DNA of 64,000 bases from an uncultured Cyclobacteriaceae bacterium. Lineage in GTDB: Bacteria; Bacteroidota; Bacteroidia; Cytophagales; Cyclobacteriaceae. Position numbers and translations under genes: made by a program. Within the stretch, counting starts at the first letter, position 1. Each line of letters starts with the position of its first letter. The DNA lies in NCBI GenBank assembly GCA_937958005.1, contig CALGOB010000159.1:13488-77487 (forward strand). The letters are read 5' to 3'. This document shows, piece after piece, positions 9,970 through 18,707 of this stretch. The notes beneath the pieces are model-generated. The model was not told where the DNA came from, did no database searches, and was given only the letters and a program-made list of their open reading frames with translations.

Positions 9970-10626
9970 TTATTTGTTTCCTTTGTTATAATCTGCCAAG
10001 AATTTTTCCAATCCACTATCTGTAAGAGGATGTTTTAGTAATCCAGTAATTACCTTTAAAGGACAAGTAGATACATGTGCACCTATTTCTGCACAGTGGA
10101 TTAAATGCATGGTATGTCTTACTGAAGCTGCTAATACTTCTGTGTCGTAACCATAATTATCATAGATGCCTACTATTTGCTCTATTAGCAAAAGCCCATC
10201 CTGACTTACGTCATCTAACCTTCCTATAAAAGGAGAAACATAACTAGCACCTGCTTTAGCCGCCAATAAAGCCTGCCCTGCGCTAAAAATTAAAGTGCAA
10301 TTGGTTCTAATACCCTCAGAAGCAAATTGTTTGATAGCTTTGATACCATCTTTGATCATCGGGATTTTCACAACAATTTTTTCGTCTAATGCTGCAAGTT
10401 CTCTACCTTCCTTTAACATTCCTGCTAAATCAGTAGAAATTACTTCTGCACTTACATTATTATCAACTATGTCGCAGATAGCTTTGTAGTGATTTTTGAT
10501 ATTTTCTTCTCCAGTAATACCTTCTTTCGCCATTAATGATGGATTAGTAGTTACACCATCTAATACACCAAGGTCGTAAGCTTCTTGAATTTCTGATAAA
10601 TTAGCAGTATCGATAAAAAATTTCAT
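9970..10626 (-). CDS. fsa: Fructose-6-phosphate aldolase / short transaldolase (class 3B)
   Basis: 218 aa; [29 protein letters not shown] pattern of the Fsa/TalC family. Confidence 0.85.
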   Translation of the reverse strand: MKFFIDTANLSEIQEAYDLGVLDGVTTNPSLMAKEGITGEENIKNHYKAICDIVDNNVSAEVISTDLAGMLKEGRELAALDEKIVVKIPMIKDGIKAIKQFASEGIRTNCTLIFSAGQALLAAKAGASYVSPFIGRLDDVSQDGLLLIEQIVGIYDNYGYDTEVLAASVRHTMHLIHCAEIGAHVSTCPLKVITGLLKHPLTDSGLEKFLADYNKGNK

Positions 10627-10690
10627 GTAATTTATTGAGTGTTAAATAAGAAATATGATTAAGCAAATGTAAACTAAGGAGAGGAAAAAA

Positions 10691-10786
10691 TGGCAACAGA
10701 TATCGCACCGCTACAACCACTTACCCTTGCTCCCTTCCAGACCTGGGGGATTCAGCAGGAGCTGGTCGTATCAGTTGCCGCTGCAA
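10691..10786 (-). ncRNA. ffs: Signal recognition particle RNA (small 4.5S-type)
   Basis: The minus-strand read contains CCCAGGUCUGGAAGGGAGCAAGG, i.e. domain IV with GGAA tetraloop and AGCA loop. Closing helix GGCAACUGAUA / AUAUCUGUUGCC, followed by a U-run. Confidence 0.8.
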
Positions 10787-10822
10787 AGTTATATAGATAA
10801 ACTTAATCCGCAATAAAATTGA

Positions 10823-11044
10823 CTAAAAAATTCCTTTAAGATTTAAGTTAAATTCCAAGGGACTACATTTTTCAAACTCATCAGCAGCGAGATCATCATA
10901 AATTTCTTCGTCAAAGATTCTTTTTGTTTTTTCAATAGACTGATCGGGAAATACAAGTAACTCTAAGCCTTTCAGAGACTTGGGGTTAATTTGAATCAAA
11001 ATTTTAAATTCTTCAGTTTCCTTTTTGAAATATTCGTGAACCAC
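10823..11044 (-). CDS. Hypothetical acidic protein (73 aa, GTG start)
   Basis: The ORF's GTG start overlaps by 1 nt the TAG stop of an upstream 51-codon ORF (TAGTG). Confidence 0.4.
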   Translation of the reverse strand: MVHEYFKKETEEFKILIQINPKSLKGLELLVFPDQSIEKTKRIFDEEIYDDLAADEFEKCSPLEFNLNLKGIF

Positions 11045-11046
11045 TA

Positions 11047-11199
11047 AAAATCATCTATTAGTCTTACTTCATGCTCAAACGGAATTTTCTCATTTTCCGC
11101 TAAAAGCAAATCTATAGATTTTGTTTCCCTTTCAATAACTTCTTCGTCATCAAAATCACTTAAATAACTATCATCTAGTATATAATCATCATTTTTCAT
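11047..11199 (-). CDS. Hypothetical very acidic small ORF (51 aa, MKNDDYILDDSYLSDFDDEEV...)
   Basis: ATG at 11199, TAG stop at 11046-11044. Below the ORF-track length cut-off. May be the 5' part of a frameshifted gene with 10823-11044. Confidence 0.3.
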
Positions 11200-11254
11200 A
11201 CCCAAATAAACGTGATGAGTAGGAACTTAAGTATGAAAATATATTATTAAATGG

Positions 11255-11725
11255 TTAGTTTTCTATTAAGTTAAGTGTTTCTGTAACCAAATTAATGGTA
11301 ATACGATCACTTATTTCTTCTTCAAGTAGATTGCTCCACGCCATTAAATAAAGTACCACATCATCTCTGTGGTTATGCTTTAGATGTGACTTTATATTTT
11401 TGAGCTTGGACAGTACTTTCTTATCTGATAACCTTTCTAGGTTTTGCAGATCTACTGTACTCAGGCCAGCATCTATCAATTGACCAATAAGAGAATCCAT
11501 AGGCATTCCAGAAGTGGGGCAATAATCTATGATTTGCTCTTGCCAGTCACCTCTGCCTTTCATTGCAGATTTATGAATTTCCTGGTTTGAAATACTTGTG
11601 ATTTCCTGAGCTAAATTTCCACAATTACAACTACCCATATGACCCCACTGATAGGGAGCACCTCTTTCAAGTTTTTTTGCTGTCCTTCTAATAGCTTCTA
11701 TTAATACTGGTGTAGCTTTTGCCAT
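11255..11725 (-). CDS. Hypothetical protein (156 aa)
   Basis: Clean ATG ORF with a GSCNCGN motif. No family recognised. Confidence 0.6.
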   Translation of the reverse strand: MAKATPVLIEAIRRTAKKLERGAPYQWGHMGSCNCGNLAQEITSISNQEIHKSAMKGRGDWQEQIIDYCPTSGMPMDSLIGQLIDAGLSTVDLQNLERLSDKKVLSKLKNIKSHLKHNHRDDVVLYLMAWSNLLEEEISDRITINLVTETLNLIEN

Positions 11726-11899
11726 AATTTGTCATTTAAACTTAACTTGTTTAGTCATTAAATTAACTGTTTGATGGGATTGTTTTTATTTTAATACTAA
11801 AATAAGCATAAAATCGTATTATTTTGTGTCAAAGTTTTAGATATTAATGAGAACCTGTACTTGATTTTAAAAAGTACACATAAAAGCTCTTCGAGCAGT

Positions 11900-12125
11900 T
11901 TTGAAAGATTTGCTTGGTCAGCCCCTGCTGTTGATATCGCTCTCAGAGCGATTGACGCAGTTACCAAGACAAGGTGGCTAAACTATTTCAAATTTTTCCA
12001 TTCCATGGAGACTAGCCTTTTGGGTGGTTTGCCACTGCGATTACCTTTTGCCACAGAGGTACTAAGCGCCTGCAAAAGGCAGCAACCGTTGCCGTAGGAG
12101 TCTGTCTGGCTGGTGGGCGAAAGAT
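11900..12125. other. GC-rich structured island in a 490-nt intergenic region; unassigned candidate ncRNA or leader
   Basis: Nested hairpin CTTGGT..CTGC..ATCGCTC-tca-GAGCGAT..GCAG..ACCAAG (11907-11962). CCTTTTGC / GCAAAAGG stem (about 12047-12083) with a competing upstream GCCTTTTG. TTTGCCAC occurs twice. Confidence 0.3.
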
Positions 12126-12251
12126 TGTAAATGAGATAAATATGTGAGTTGAAAACTTAAATACGAAAGAAATTATTAATCGAACACTGGTTAACAGGTC
12201 TTTATGGGAGGTAATGAATATATCTAAGATCAAAATAATTAAAAGTTAAGA

Positions 12252-12998
12252 ATGGTAAAATTAAAAATAATATTGATAGGCTCTTTGCTTTTTTGTGGCA
12301 GCGCATTTGCCCAAAGACAGGTTTATATAGGAGTGACTGGAGGGCCTAATTTTTCTACTGTATTTTTTAATCATTTGGCTTTTCCCACTAATATTAGAAC
12401 AACTTTACAGGCAGGTATTAATCTTGGTTTAAACTTCAAACATTTTGCGCCTGTCAAAAAAGGCTTTTTAAATACAGGGATAGAATTTTCGTTTAATTAC
12501 GTTGAGAAAGGATATGGACAAACGTTCCCGGGACAAGTAGCGATAGAAGATTATACTTTAGACTTAAACTACTTGGAAATTCCTTTTAGTGGAATCGTAT
12601 ATTTTGGTAAAAAGAAGACCAAGATATTTTTAAGCACAGGGATATTTGCCGAATTTCTATTAAATAGCTCATCTAATAACTTGCCTATAGATGATGACAC
12701 AGAAGATGATTTTATTAATGTGGGGGCATCAGATGTGTTCCCGTTTGAGAATGGAGGCGGAAATAAAATTGGAGCTGGAGGAAAAATAGGTGCTGGTATT
12801 TTAAGTGATTTTGGGTTTGGTGCAATACAGTTATCGAGTCATTTTAGTTATTCTTTGACAAATATTTTAAAAATTGGGACTAGGTCATCTGGTATCCCAG
12901 ATACTTCCAATAATTTGGTAATTGGGGTGAGCATTGGATATTTTTTCAAGTTTAAAGCTAAACAAGAAGAAGAAAACCTTTTTAATGGTAAAATTTAA
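12252..12998 (+). CDS. Outer-membrane beta-barrel protein (PorT/OmpA-barrel-like)
   Basis: Signal peptide ending AFAQ, alternating hydrophobic beta-strand pattern, and C-terminal aromatic IGYFFKF. Confidence 0.7.
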   Translation: MVKLKIILIGSLLFCGSAFAQRQVYIGVTGGPNFSTVFFNHLAFPTNIRTTLQAGINLGLNFKHFAPVKKGFLNTGIEFSFNYVEKGYGQTFPGQVAIEDYTLDLNYLEIPFSGIVYFGKKKTKIFLSTGIFAEFLLNSSSNNLPIDDDTEDDFINVGASDVFPFENGGGNKIGAGGKIGAGILSDFGFGAIQLSSHFSYSLTNILKIGTRSSGIPDTSNNLVIGVSIGYFFKFKAKQEEENLFNGKI

Positions 12999-13031
12999 TG
13001 TGTAGTTTGAGAGGAATTAGCTTAGTTTATA

Positions 13032-14072
13032 ATGAAGTCTTTGAAATACCTTACTGTACTGACACTTCCAGTAACAGTTTTTATATCGTTTTACTCTCAT
13101 GGAATTTTGACTTTCTTGCCAGTTATTTATTCTTTTCTAATCATTCCATTTCTTGAATTATTCTTCAGGCCTGATGCACGCAACTTGTCAGAAGAAGAGG
13201 AGGAAATCAGAAATAAAGATAGAGTTTATGATTTTATGCTATACTTAATAGTCCCCATTCAATATGGGTTTTTAATTTTGTTTTTCTATAATATCAATGA
13301 ATCTGGATTATCTGCTTTTGACCTAGCGGGCAGGATTAGCTCTTTAGGACTACTTTGTGGTGTTTTTGGAATTAATGTGGCACATGAGCTAGGTCACAGA
13401 ACAAAACCATTTGAAAGGTTTTTAGCAAAATCATTACTATTGACCTCTCTTTATATGCATTTTTATATAGAACATAATAAAGGTCACCATAAAAGAGTAA
13501 GTACTCCGGAAGACCCAAGCTCAGCTAGGTATGGAGAGAATCTTTATTTTTTCTGGGTTCGGTCTGTCTTATTTGCCTACCTCTCAGCTTGGCATATAGG
13601 AAATGATGGTGCTAAAAAGAAGGGTAAATCTACTTTCTCATATCACAATGAAATGCTAGTTTTTCAATTGATTCAAATTACATTTCTAGTTATTATATTT
13701 TTTTTCTTTGGGTGGCAGGTGACAGTATGTTTTACGCTAGCGGCTATTAATGGTTTTTTGTTACTTGAGACGGTTAACTATATAGAACATTATGGTTTGG
13801 TTAGAAAAAGAAAAGAGAATGGAAGTTATGAGAGGGTAAGCCCTTCTCACTCATGGAATAGTGACCATACTATTGGGAGACTTTTATTATTTGAATTGTC
13901 GAGACATTCAGATCATCATTTTTTGACGAGTAGAAAATATCAAATACTAAGACATCTGGACAATAGTCCGCAAATGCCCACAGGTTACCCAGGGATGATG
14001 CTTTTGTCTACTTTTCCTCCATTATGGTTTATGGTAGTGCACAAGAGTATGAAAAGACAGTCTTTATTATAA
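13032..14072 (+). CDS. alkB: Alkane 1-monooxygenase / membrane fatty-acid-desaturase-family hydroxylase
   Basis: His boxes HELGH, EHNKGHH, NYIEHYG and SRHSDHH, plus N-terminal TM helices. Confidence 0.85.
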   Translation: MKSLKYLTVLTLPVTVFISFYSHGILTFLPVIYSFLIIPFLELFFRPDARNLSEEEEEIRNKDRVYDFMLYLIVPIQYGFLILFFYNINESGLSAFDLAGRISSLGLLCGVFGINVAHELGHRTKPFERFLAKSLLLTSLYMHFYIEHNKGHHKRVSTPEDPSSARYGENLYFFWVRSVLFAYLSAWHIGNDGAKKKGKSTFSYHNEMLVFQLIQITFLVIIFFFFGWQVTVCFTLAAINGFLLLETVNYIEHYGLVRKRKENGSYERVSPSHSWNSDHTIGRLLLFELSRHSDHHFLTSRKYQILRHLDNSPQMPTGYPGMMLLSTFPPLWFMVVHKSMKRQSLL

Positions 14073-14180
14073 CTATTGTTTGTTTTATTGATTAATTAAT
14101 AATTATTTAACAAATAAATTATGTAAATTAAATCGTAGTCACTATTTTTGTGCGAAATTGACAATTAAAATTTTTACGTT

Positions 14181-14441
14181 ATGGCAGTTGTTGCTCCTGA
14201 ACAAAAAATCGAAAAAGCATGTTTAGATGCTAAAGAAAAATTATCCTCACTAGGTATTGAAGAAAAGATTCAAGCTGAGTTAGACTTCGTAATTGGAAGT
14301 TATAATTTTGATAAAAACCCAATAGGACTTTATGAAATAGGTGGTAAAGCTTTCAAAGTATTGGAAGATTTCAAAAAAGAACACCCAAGAAAAGTTTCGA
14401 AAAAACTTCTAAATGATATTGAAATAGCATTAAAACCTTGA
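14181..14441 (+). CDS. Hypothetical protein (86 aa)
   Basis: ATG ORF with balanced composition. No family recognised. Confidence 0.5.
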   Translation: MAVVAPEQKIEKACLDAKEKLSSLGIEEKIQAELDFVIGSYNFDKNPIGLYEIGGKAFKVLEDFKKEHPRKVSKKLLNDIEIALKP

Positions 14442-15074
14442 TTAGCTGATAAGGTATAAAAGCTTTACTCGTCAAGTGAGTACCTTGTGAATTCATTTAC
14501 AAAATATTGATTTCAATAATTTAGGTTCTTAATAATTATTTTTGATCTTCCCTTATTGGATAATGTATTAATTTTCAATATGCTGGATTTACAATGAGAT
14601 CTTCTGGGAGGCACTTTGCTGTGATTTAAGTGAGTAATACCAATTTAGATTTATAAGGGCGCATATTTTTAGCAAATTTAATATTTGCCATGCGTTAAAA
14701 ATACTATTCAATGCGATGTTATGCTTGCTTTCTCCCTCCGGCGGGAATCGCTTTGTCAAAATCAAATTTACTAAAACACCTAATAGGCCCCATAAACGCA
14801 GGGATTCTATTTCTAAAAAAAAGATCATCTAATTTTAGACAGAAATAACAGATAAAAGAGATGATTTCATCAGTAATTCATCTGATTTTCAATGATTTTA
14901 TGAAAATCACTCTCTAATTCTGATAACTTTTTATCCATTTTGGTTTCGAAAATTTTAAAAGCGGAATCCCTAACCATAAACATAAATTGGAGTAATAGAT
15001 ACAACGAGACGAGATCATTAAAAACTGAATGTTGGAGGATAGCACATTTAAATTAATTTAATCTAAAGTGGTTT

Positions 15075-15173
15075 AATCCCTGAGGGATACCTAATTCCCC
15101 GACTCTTGAGTCGATAAAAAAGCTTTTGGCCGATAGAGATACCCCGTACCCTTGGGTCGGGGTTGGTTCATTT
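15075..15173 (+). repeat. R1 element copy a (variant middle section)
   Basis: AATCCCTGAGGGATACCTAATTCCCCGACTCTTGAGTCGAT...ATACCCCGTACCCTTGGGTCGGGGTTGGTTCATTT. Confidence 0.9.
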
Positions 15174-15257
15174 CCCTGGCAGGGCGCCCCGACTCTTGAG
15201 TCGATTATTAAATTATTGCCATAGATACCCCGTACCTTTGGGGCGGGGTTGGTCCAC
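15174..15257 (+). repeat. R1 element copy b (5'-truncated, abuts copy a)
   Basis: CCCTGGCAGGGCGCCCCGACTCTTGAGTCGATTATTAAATTATTGCCATAGATACCCCGTACCTTTGGGGCGGGGTTGGTCCAC. Confidence 0.85.
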
Positions 15258-15338
15258 TTCTTCGGTTCTTGGATCGGAAGTAGCTTTTTTTTGAAGAAAA
15301 GCCACTTGATATCTCGTCAGCCTGCTGCGGAGAACTCC

Positions 15339-15513
15339 ATTCCCTAAGGGATATTAATTCCCCTGATAGGACATTCCAACTCTTGCGTAGGCGATGCAGC
15401 ATCTTTGCGGAGACGCTAAGTCGATCATTAAATTGTCCATAGATACTCCGTACCCTTGTTCTGGGAGCGCCGTTACTTTCTCTGCAGCGGCACTGGGTCG
15501 GTGTTGGTTCATA
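15339..15513 (+). repeat. R1 element copy c (both hairpins carry insertions)
   Basis: ATTCCCTAAGGGATATTAATTCCCC, then the CGACTC/GAGTCG hairpin expanded by ~35 nt. TCGATCATTAAATTGTCCATAGATACTCCGTACCCTT + 37-nt extension + GGGTCGGTGTTGGTTCAT. Confidence 0.85.
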
Positions 15514-15651
15514 GGCTGCTGAATTCATGAAACAATAAAGTCAGGAAATCTTAAGCAATCATGATTGTTGAAATTAAAAAACTCAAGGTCTCTTGCGGAA
15601 GGCTTTGCTGAGACGAAACGGCTATCACACTCTTTTGATGATAGCCTTATT

Positions 15652-17907
15652 TTATATATTCAACCAGTAAGTGAATTTAAGAACAATTGCTCTATTTCTT
15701 TTATTGGAATTCTGTATTTCCGGAAGGAAATTATTTGTTTCAAAATCCCCTCCATAATTCTCCGTAAAGACTAAAAAGATATCTGAAACAGGTTTGAAAC
15801 GCCATTGCAAGCGAGTGTTTATGTTAAAATTATCGGCTCTGTCATTAAACTGAACAAAGGAAGTCAAAAACAATTTTGTAGTGAGGGTTAAGTCTAACCT
15901 TGTACCTATTAGTAAATATTCTATACTTGAAAATGGTTCAGAAAAATTAAGTCTATTGTAATCAATATTTATATTTGCTCTAAATACAGGTTGTATCCTA
16001 TAATTTAAATCAAGTCTGTAATTGGTTCTTTTTCCATTAAAAAATTCACCAGCTGAGAAACTACTCCTAAAATTGAAAACCTTTCTTGAATCACTATTAT
16101 AAGAAAGGTCAAACCTGTTAAAGGTATATGAAGTGCCTGCATCCAAAATGTCTTCTGCAATTCCATTAGGGGCAAACGAACTTCTTAAAGTTACTAATTG
16201 TCTACTAACCCTTAAATTAAAATTTGAAGTGTTCAATAACCTGAAATTATATCCTAAATTGAACTCTCTATCTAGGGTGTTGAGGTCTGGATCCGTAGTG
16301 GTTTCAAACCTGATTTCTGGACCATGGGTCACAAAAGTTTTTGATTCTTCAGGATAAAAACTGTAACTCCAGTTACTGCCAAATGTTTTAATCCCTGTTC
16401 TTCTTACAAACCCAACTTCCGCATTATAGTTTTCACCAACAAAATTATGGAAGTAATTTATTCTTATATTTCGTGTTTGATAACGAGTAAAAATTCCATG
16501 TGAGAAACTTTTGCTCGAGGAAGAGTCAGCAGTAATGGATCTATGGTAATAAGTATTTCCAGTCCATTTATTATCAATTGTCGCTAAGTTATAGTCCAGG
16601 CCAAATACTCGATTAAATTTTGCGTTGTTGATTGTTGAATCATTTTCATCGAAATTGGTTGCCAATCGATTGACAAAAATTCCTCCAATATTAGACCGTT
16701 GTTGTATTTGTCTTTGAAATACGGCAACAGTATAATTTTGAGCAGCGAACGTTTCATTTTCTATTTCTTCACTTCCTGTTTGTAAGTTTAGTAGGCCAAC
16801 ACGCCAGTTTTTTCCTACTTTCCCACTTAATCTAGCACCCCCTCTAATTGGTAATTGCTGAGCACTTGAGCCCGACCCGATAATGCCTATTCTTCTGGAG
16901 AAAAATGGCCGAGAAGGAGGGAAGCCACTTTGGGCAAATAAATCTTGATTCTCTAAAAAGAATTGCCTCCTTTCAGGAAAAGATATTTCAAACCTTCCAA
17001 GGTTATTAACCTGTTGATCAACTTCAACTTGGGAAAAATCTGGATTTATCGTTATATCTAGGTTTAACGAAGGGCCTAGTCCTATTTTAGCATCTATTCC
17101 AGCATTGGCGCTAGAGACTGACCCTATTATAGTACTATCTTCAAGGTTATTAATATTTTGAGCTGTAACATATGGAATAAGTGTAGTGTTTACTTTAGAG
17201 CTCGTTGGGGGCTTATCCCAAATTAATTTGCCAGTATAGATTAAATCTGAAGACCTAAATTGAATGGGGACAGCAATCCAGGTAGATCTTTGGTTAATTT
17301 TAGGATGATTTCTAAGGAAGTTGATATTCCATTCTTTAATGCTATTGAATTTGAAAGACTTAAAAGGAATGGCCATTTCAATCACCCATTTATCTTTGTA
17401 CCTTTTGACTTCGCTAAACCATTTGTTGTCCCAATCATCAGCTACGTCTCCACCTAAGGTAACCAAACCTTCTCTTTGGACATTATAGGGGGTTAATTGA
17501 AATGAAAAACCATTTGACTGGTCATTATAGGGGTCAATGTAAACTGCAAATACATCATTACGGCCAAAATTAAAATCCCTTCTCAAGGATTCAATGATGA
17601 ATTCTCCATCTTGGGAAGTATAGCAAACAGCCCCTATATATAGATTTTTATCATCGTAAGCTATTCTTACCTCAGTTTGTTCAGTAGCAAACTCATTATC
17701 AATAGGGAAGGTCTGATAAAAATCTTCTGCTACATCTGCATTTTTCCAAATTGATTCATCCAACACACCATCAACTATTATTTGACTACCAACAGCCCTA
17801 GTTATATTTAGTGAGGTAGTTTGAGGTGGGTTTTGAGAAAATGCGTGTTTACTGGCGAGTAAAATTATAAACAGGATTAAAAAAGAAAAACTCTTCTTAT
17901 GGATCAC
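15652..17907 (-). CDS. Large secreted/outer-membrane protein (CBM9-like N-domain + DUF5916-like beta-rich region)
   Basis: 751 aa with signal peptide ..KHAFSQ and a beta-strand-rich, aromatic-terminated C-terminus (LKFTYWLNI). GTG start. Family call is from memory. Confidence 0.75.
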   Translation of the reverse strand: MIHKKSFSFLILFIILLASKHAFSQNPPQTTSLNITRAVGSQIIVDGVLDESIWKNADVAEDFYQTFPIDNEFATEQTEVRIAYDDKNLYIGAVCYTSQDGEFIIESLRRDFNFGRNDVFAVYIDPYNDQSNGFSFQLTPYNVQREGLVTLGGDVADDWDNKWFSEVKRYKDKWVIEMAIPFKSFKFNSIKEWNINFLRNHPKINQRSTWIAVPIQFRSSDLIYTGKLIWDKPPTSSKVNTTLIPYVTAQNINNLEDSTIIGSVSSANAGIDAKIGLGPSLNLDITINPDFSQVEVDQQVNNLGRFEISFPERRQFFLENQDLFAQSGFPPSRPFFSRRIGIIGSGSSAQQLPIRGGARLSGKVGKNWRVGLLNLQTGSEEIENETFAAQNYTVAVFQRQIQQRSNIGGIFVNRLATNFDENDSTINNAKFNRVFGLDYNLATIDNKWTGNTYYHRSITADSSSSKSFSHGIFTRYQTRNIRINYFHNFVGENYNAEVGFVRRTGIKTFGSNWSYSFYPEESKTFVTHGPEIRFETTTDPDLNTLDREFNLGYNFRLLNTSNFNLRVSRQLVTLRSSFAPNGIAEDILDAGTSYTFNRFDLSYNSDSRKVFNFRSSFSAGEFFNGKRTNYRLDLNYRIQPVFRANINIDYNRLNFSEPFSSIEYLLIGTRLDLTLTTKLFLTSFVQFNDRADNFNINTRLQWRFKPVSDIFLVFTENYGGDFETNNFLPEIQNSNKRNRAIVLKFTYWLNI

Positions 17908-17954
17908 GGATTGTCTGTTATGTATTGAAAATGAGAACTCTGCCTGAGTATTTG

Positions 17955-18425
17955 TTAATAAGAAATGATATGTTGATCCGCTAGATTTTTTAGAAAATCA
18001 AGATTTGTCACTGTATTCGGATCACTAAATATGTATTGAGACAATTCTCCCACCACGCCAGGTTTGTATCCTAAGTTCATCGCAAGCACTTCACAAAAGG
18101 CAATCTCTTTTTGATGAACTCTTTTATCTACTTTCATTAACTGAATTGTATTGTATAGATAATTGAACTTTTCATCACTAGGCAAATTTCTTAAATTAGC
18201 TATTTTTTTAGGATTGTCAATTATATTTTCGACCTCCTGTTGTGAAAGACCTCCAGCTTTACCAATTCTATGGATCATTTTGCTTTCCGCTTCATCCACA
18301 AACTTGTCCGCTTTGGATATATGAACCAATATACTAACCTGATCTTCGATGGGTAACATACTTATATATTTATCTTTGTTCTTATTAACTTGAGCAAAAG
18401 TAAATAACTTGATGGCAGAAATCAT
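17955..18425 (-). CDS. TerB-like (tellurite-resistance/DjlA N-domain-like) protein
   Basis: Two amphipathic repeats with D..E acidic motifs (ADKFVDEAESKMI; VDKRVHQKEIAFCEVL). ATG at 18425 is preferred over the TTG at 18440. Confidence 0.6.
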   Translation of the reverse strand: MISAIKLFTFAQVNKNKDKYISMLPIEDQVSILVHISKADKFVDEAESKMIHRIGKAGGLSQQEVENIIDNPKKIANLRNLPSDEKFNYLYNTIQLMKVDKRVHQKEIAFCEVLAMNLGYKPGVVGELSQYIFSDPNTVTNLDFLKNLADQHIISY

Positions 18426-18572
18426 TTTTTTTTTGATCAATAGGAGGTTTTTGTAGATGATTAAGTATTATAAAAGACTAAATCATATATATCCTACTAA
18501 ATAATTAGCATATATTATTAAATATCTCTCATAACGTTTTGGAATTTACTTTCCTTATTTTAGATTAGCAAT

Positions 18573-18626
18573 ATGAATTCAAGAATGACAAACAAAGCGT
18601 GGTGGTGGAACGATTATAGCATATAG
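18573..18626 (+). CDS. trpL: trp operon leader peptide MNSRMTNKAWWWNDYSI (three consecutive Trp codons)
   Basis: ATG 18573, TGG TGG TGG at 18600-18608, TAG at 18624-18626. A terminator follows directly, then trpE. Confidence 0.85.
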   Translation: MNSRMTNKAWWWNDYSI

Positions 18627-18660
18627 TCGCGAACAGCTACGTTATATATAAATATTATAA

Positions 18661-18687
18661 ACCCGCTCTTCGCAGCGGGTTTTTTTG
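18661..18687 (+). terminator. trp attenuator terminator
   Basis: ACCCGCT-cttcgc-AGCGGGT + TTTTTT, 21 nt before trpE. GCGAACAGC (18629-18637, just after the leader stop) can pair with GCTCTTCGC (18665-18673) as an antiterminator. Confidence 0.85.
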
Positions 18688-18707
18688 TTTCTAACATTTT
18701 AGAGAAA

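Noticed and set aside
11900-12125. RNase P RNA, tmRNA or cobalamin riboswitch
   Set aside because: No GGAAAGTCC/ACAGAA..GGCTTA cores. No tRNA-like TCCACCA end or tag ORF. GCCACTG is present, but the rest of the B12 core (GGGAA..GGTGAAA.TCC, AGTCAGGA) is absent.
11861-12233. Two overlapping antisense ORFs (78 aa plus strand, 73 aa minus strand)
   Set aside because: They are mutually exclusive and both lie on the GC-rich structured island. This is more consistent with non-coding sequence.
14589-14828. 79-aa minus-strand ORF (and 15565-15774 plus strand)
   Set aside because: They are isolated in repeat-bearing intergenic DNA or overlap the 3' end of the 751-aa gene. No supporting features.
15075-15513. 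CRISPR array
   Set aside because: The repeats are about 100 nt, abut each other without spacers, and other copies are dispersed singly tens of kb apart. No cas genes in the window.
15208-15528. 106-aa minus-strand ORF
   Set aside because: It runs entirely through R1 copies b and c. The Arg/Ser/Pro-rich translation is a by-product of GC-rich repeats, and there is no start context.
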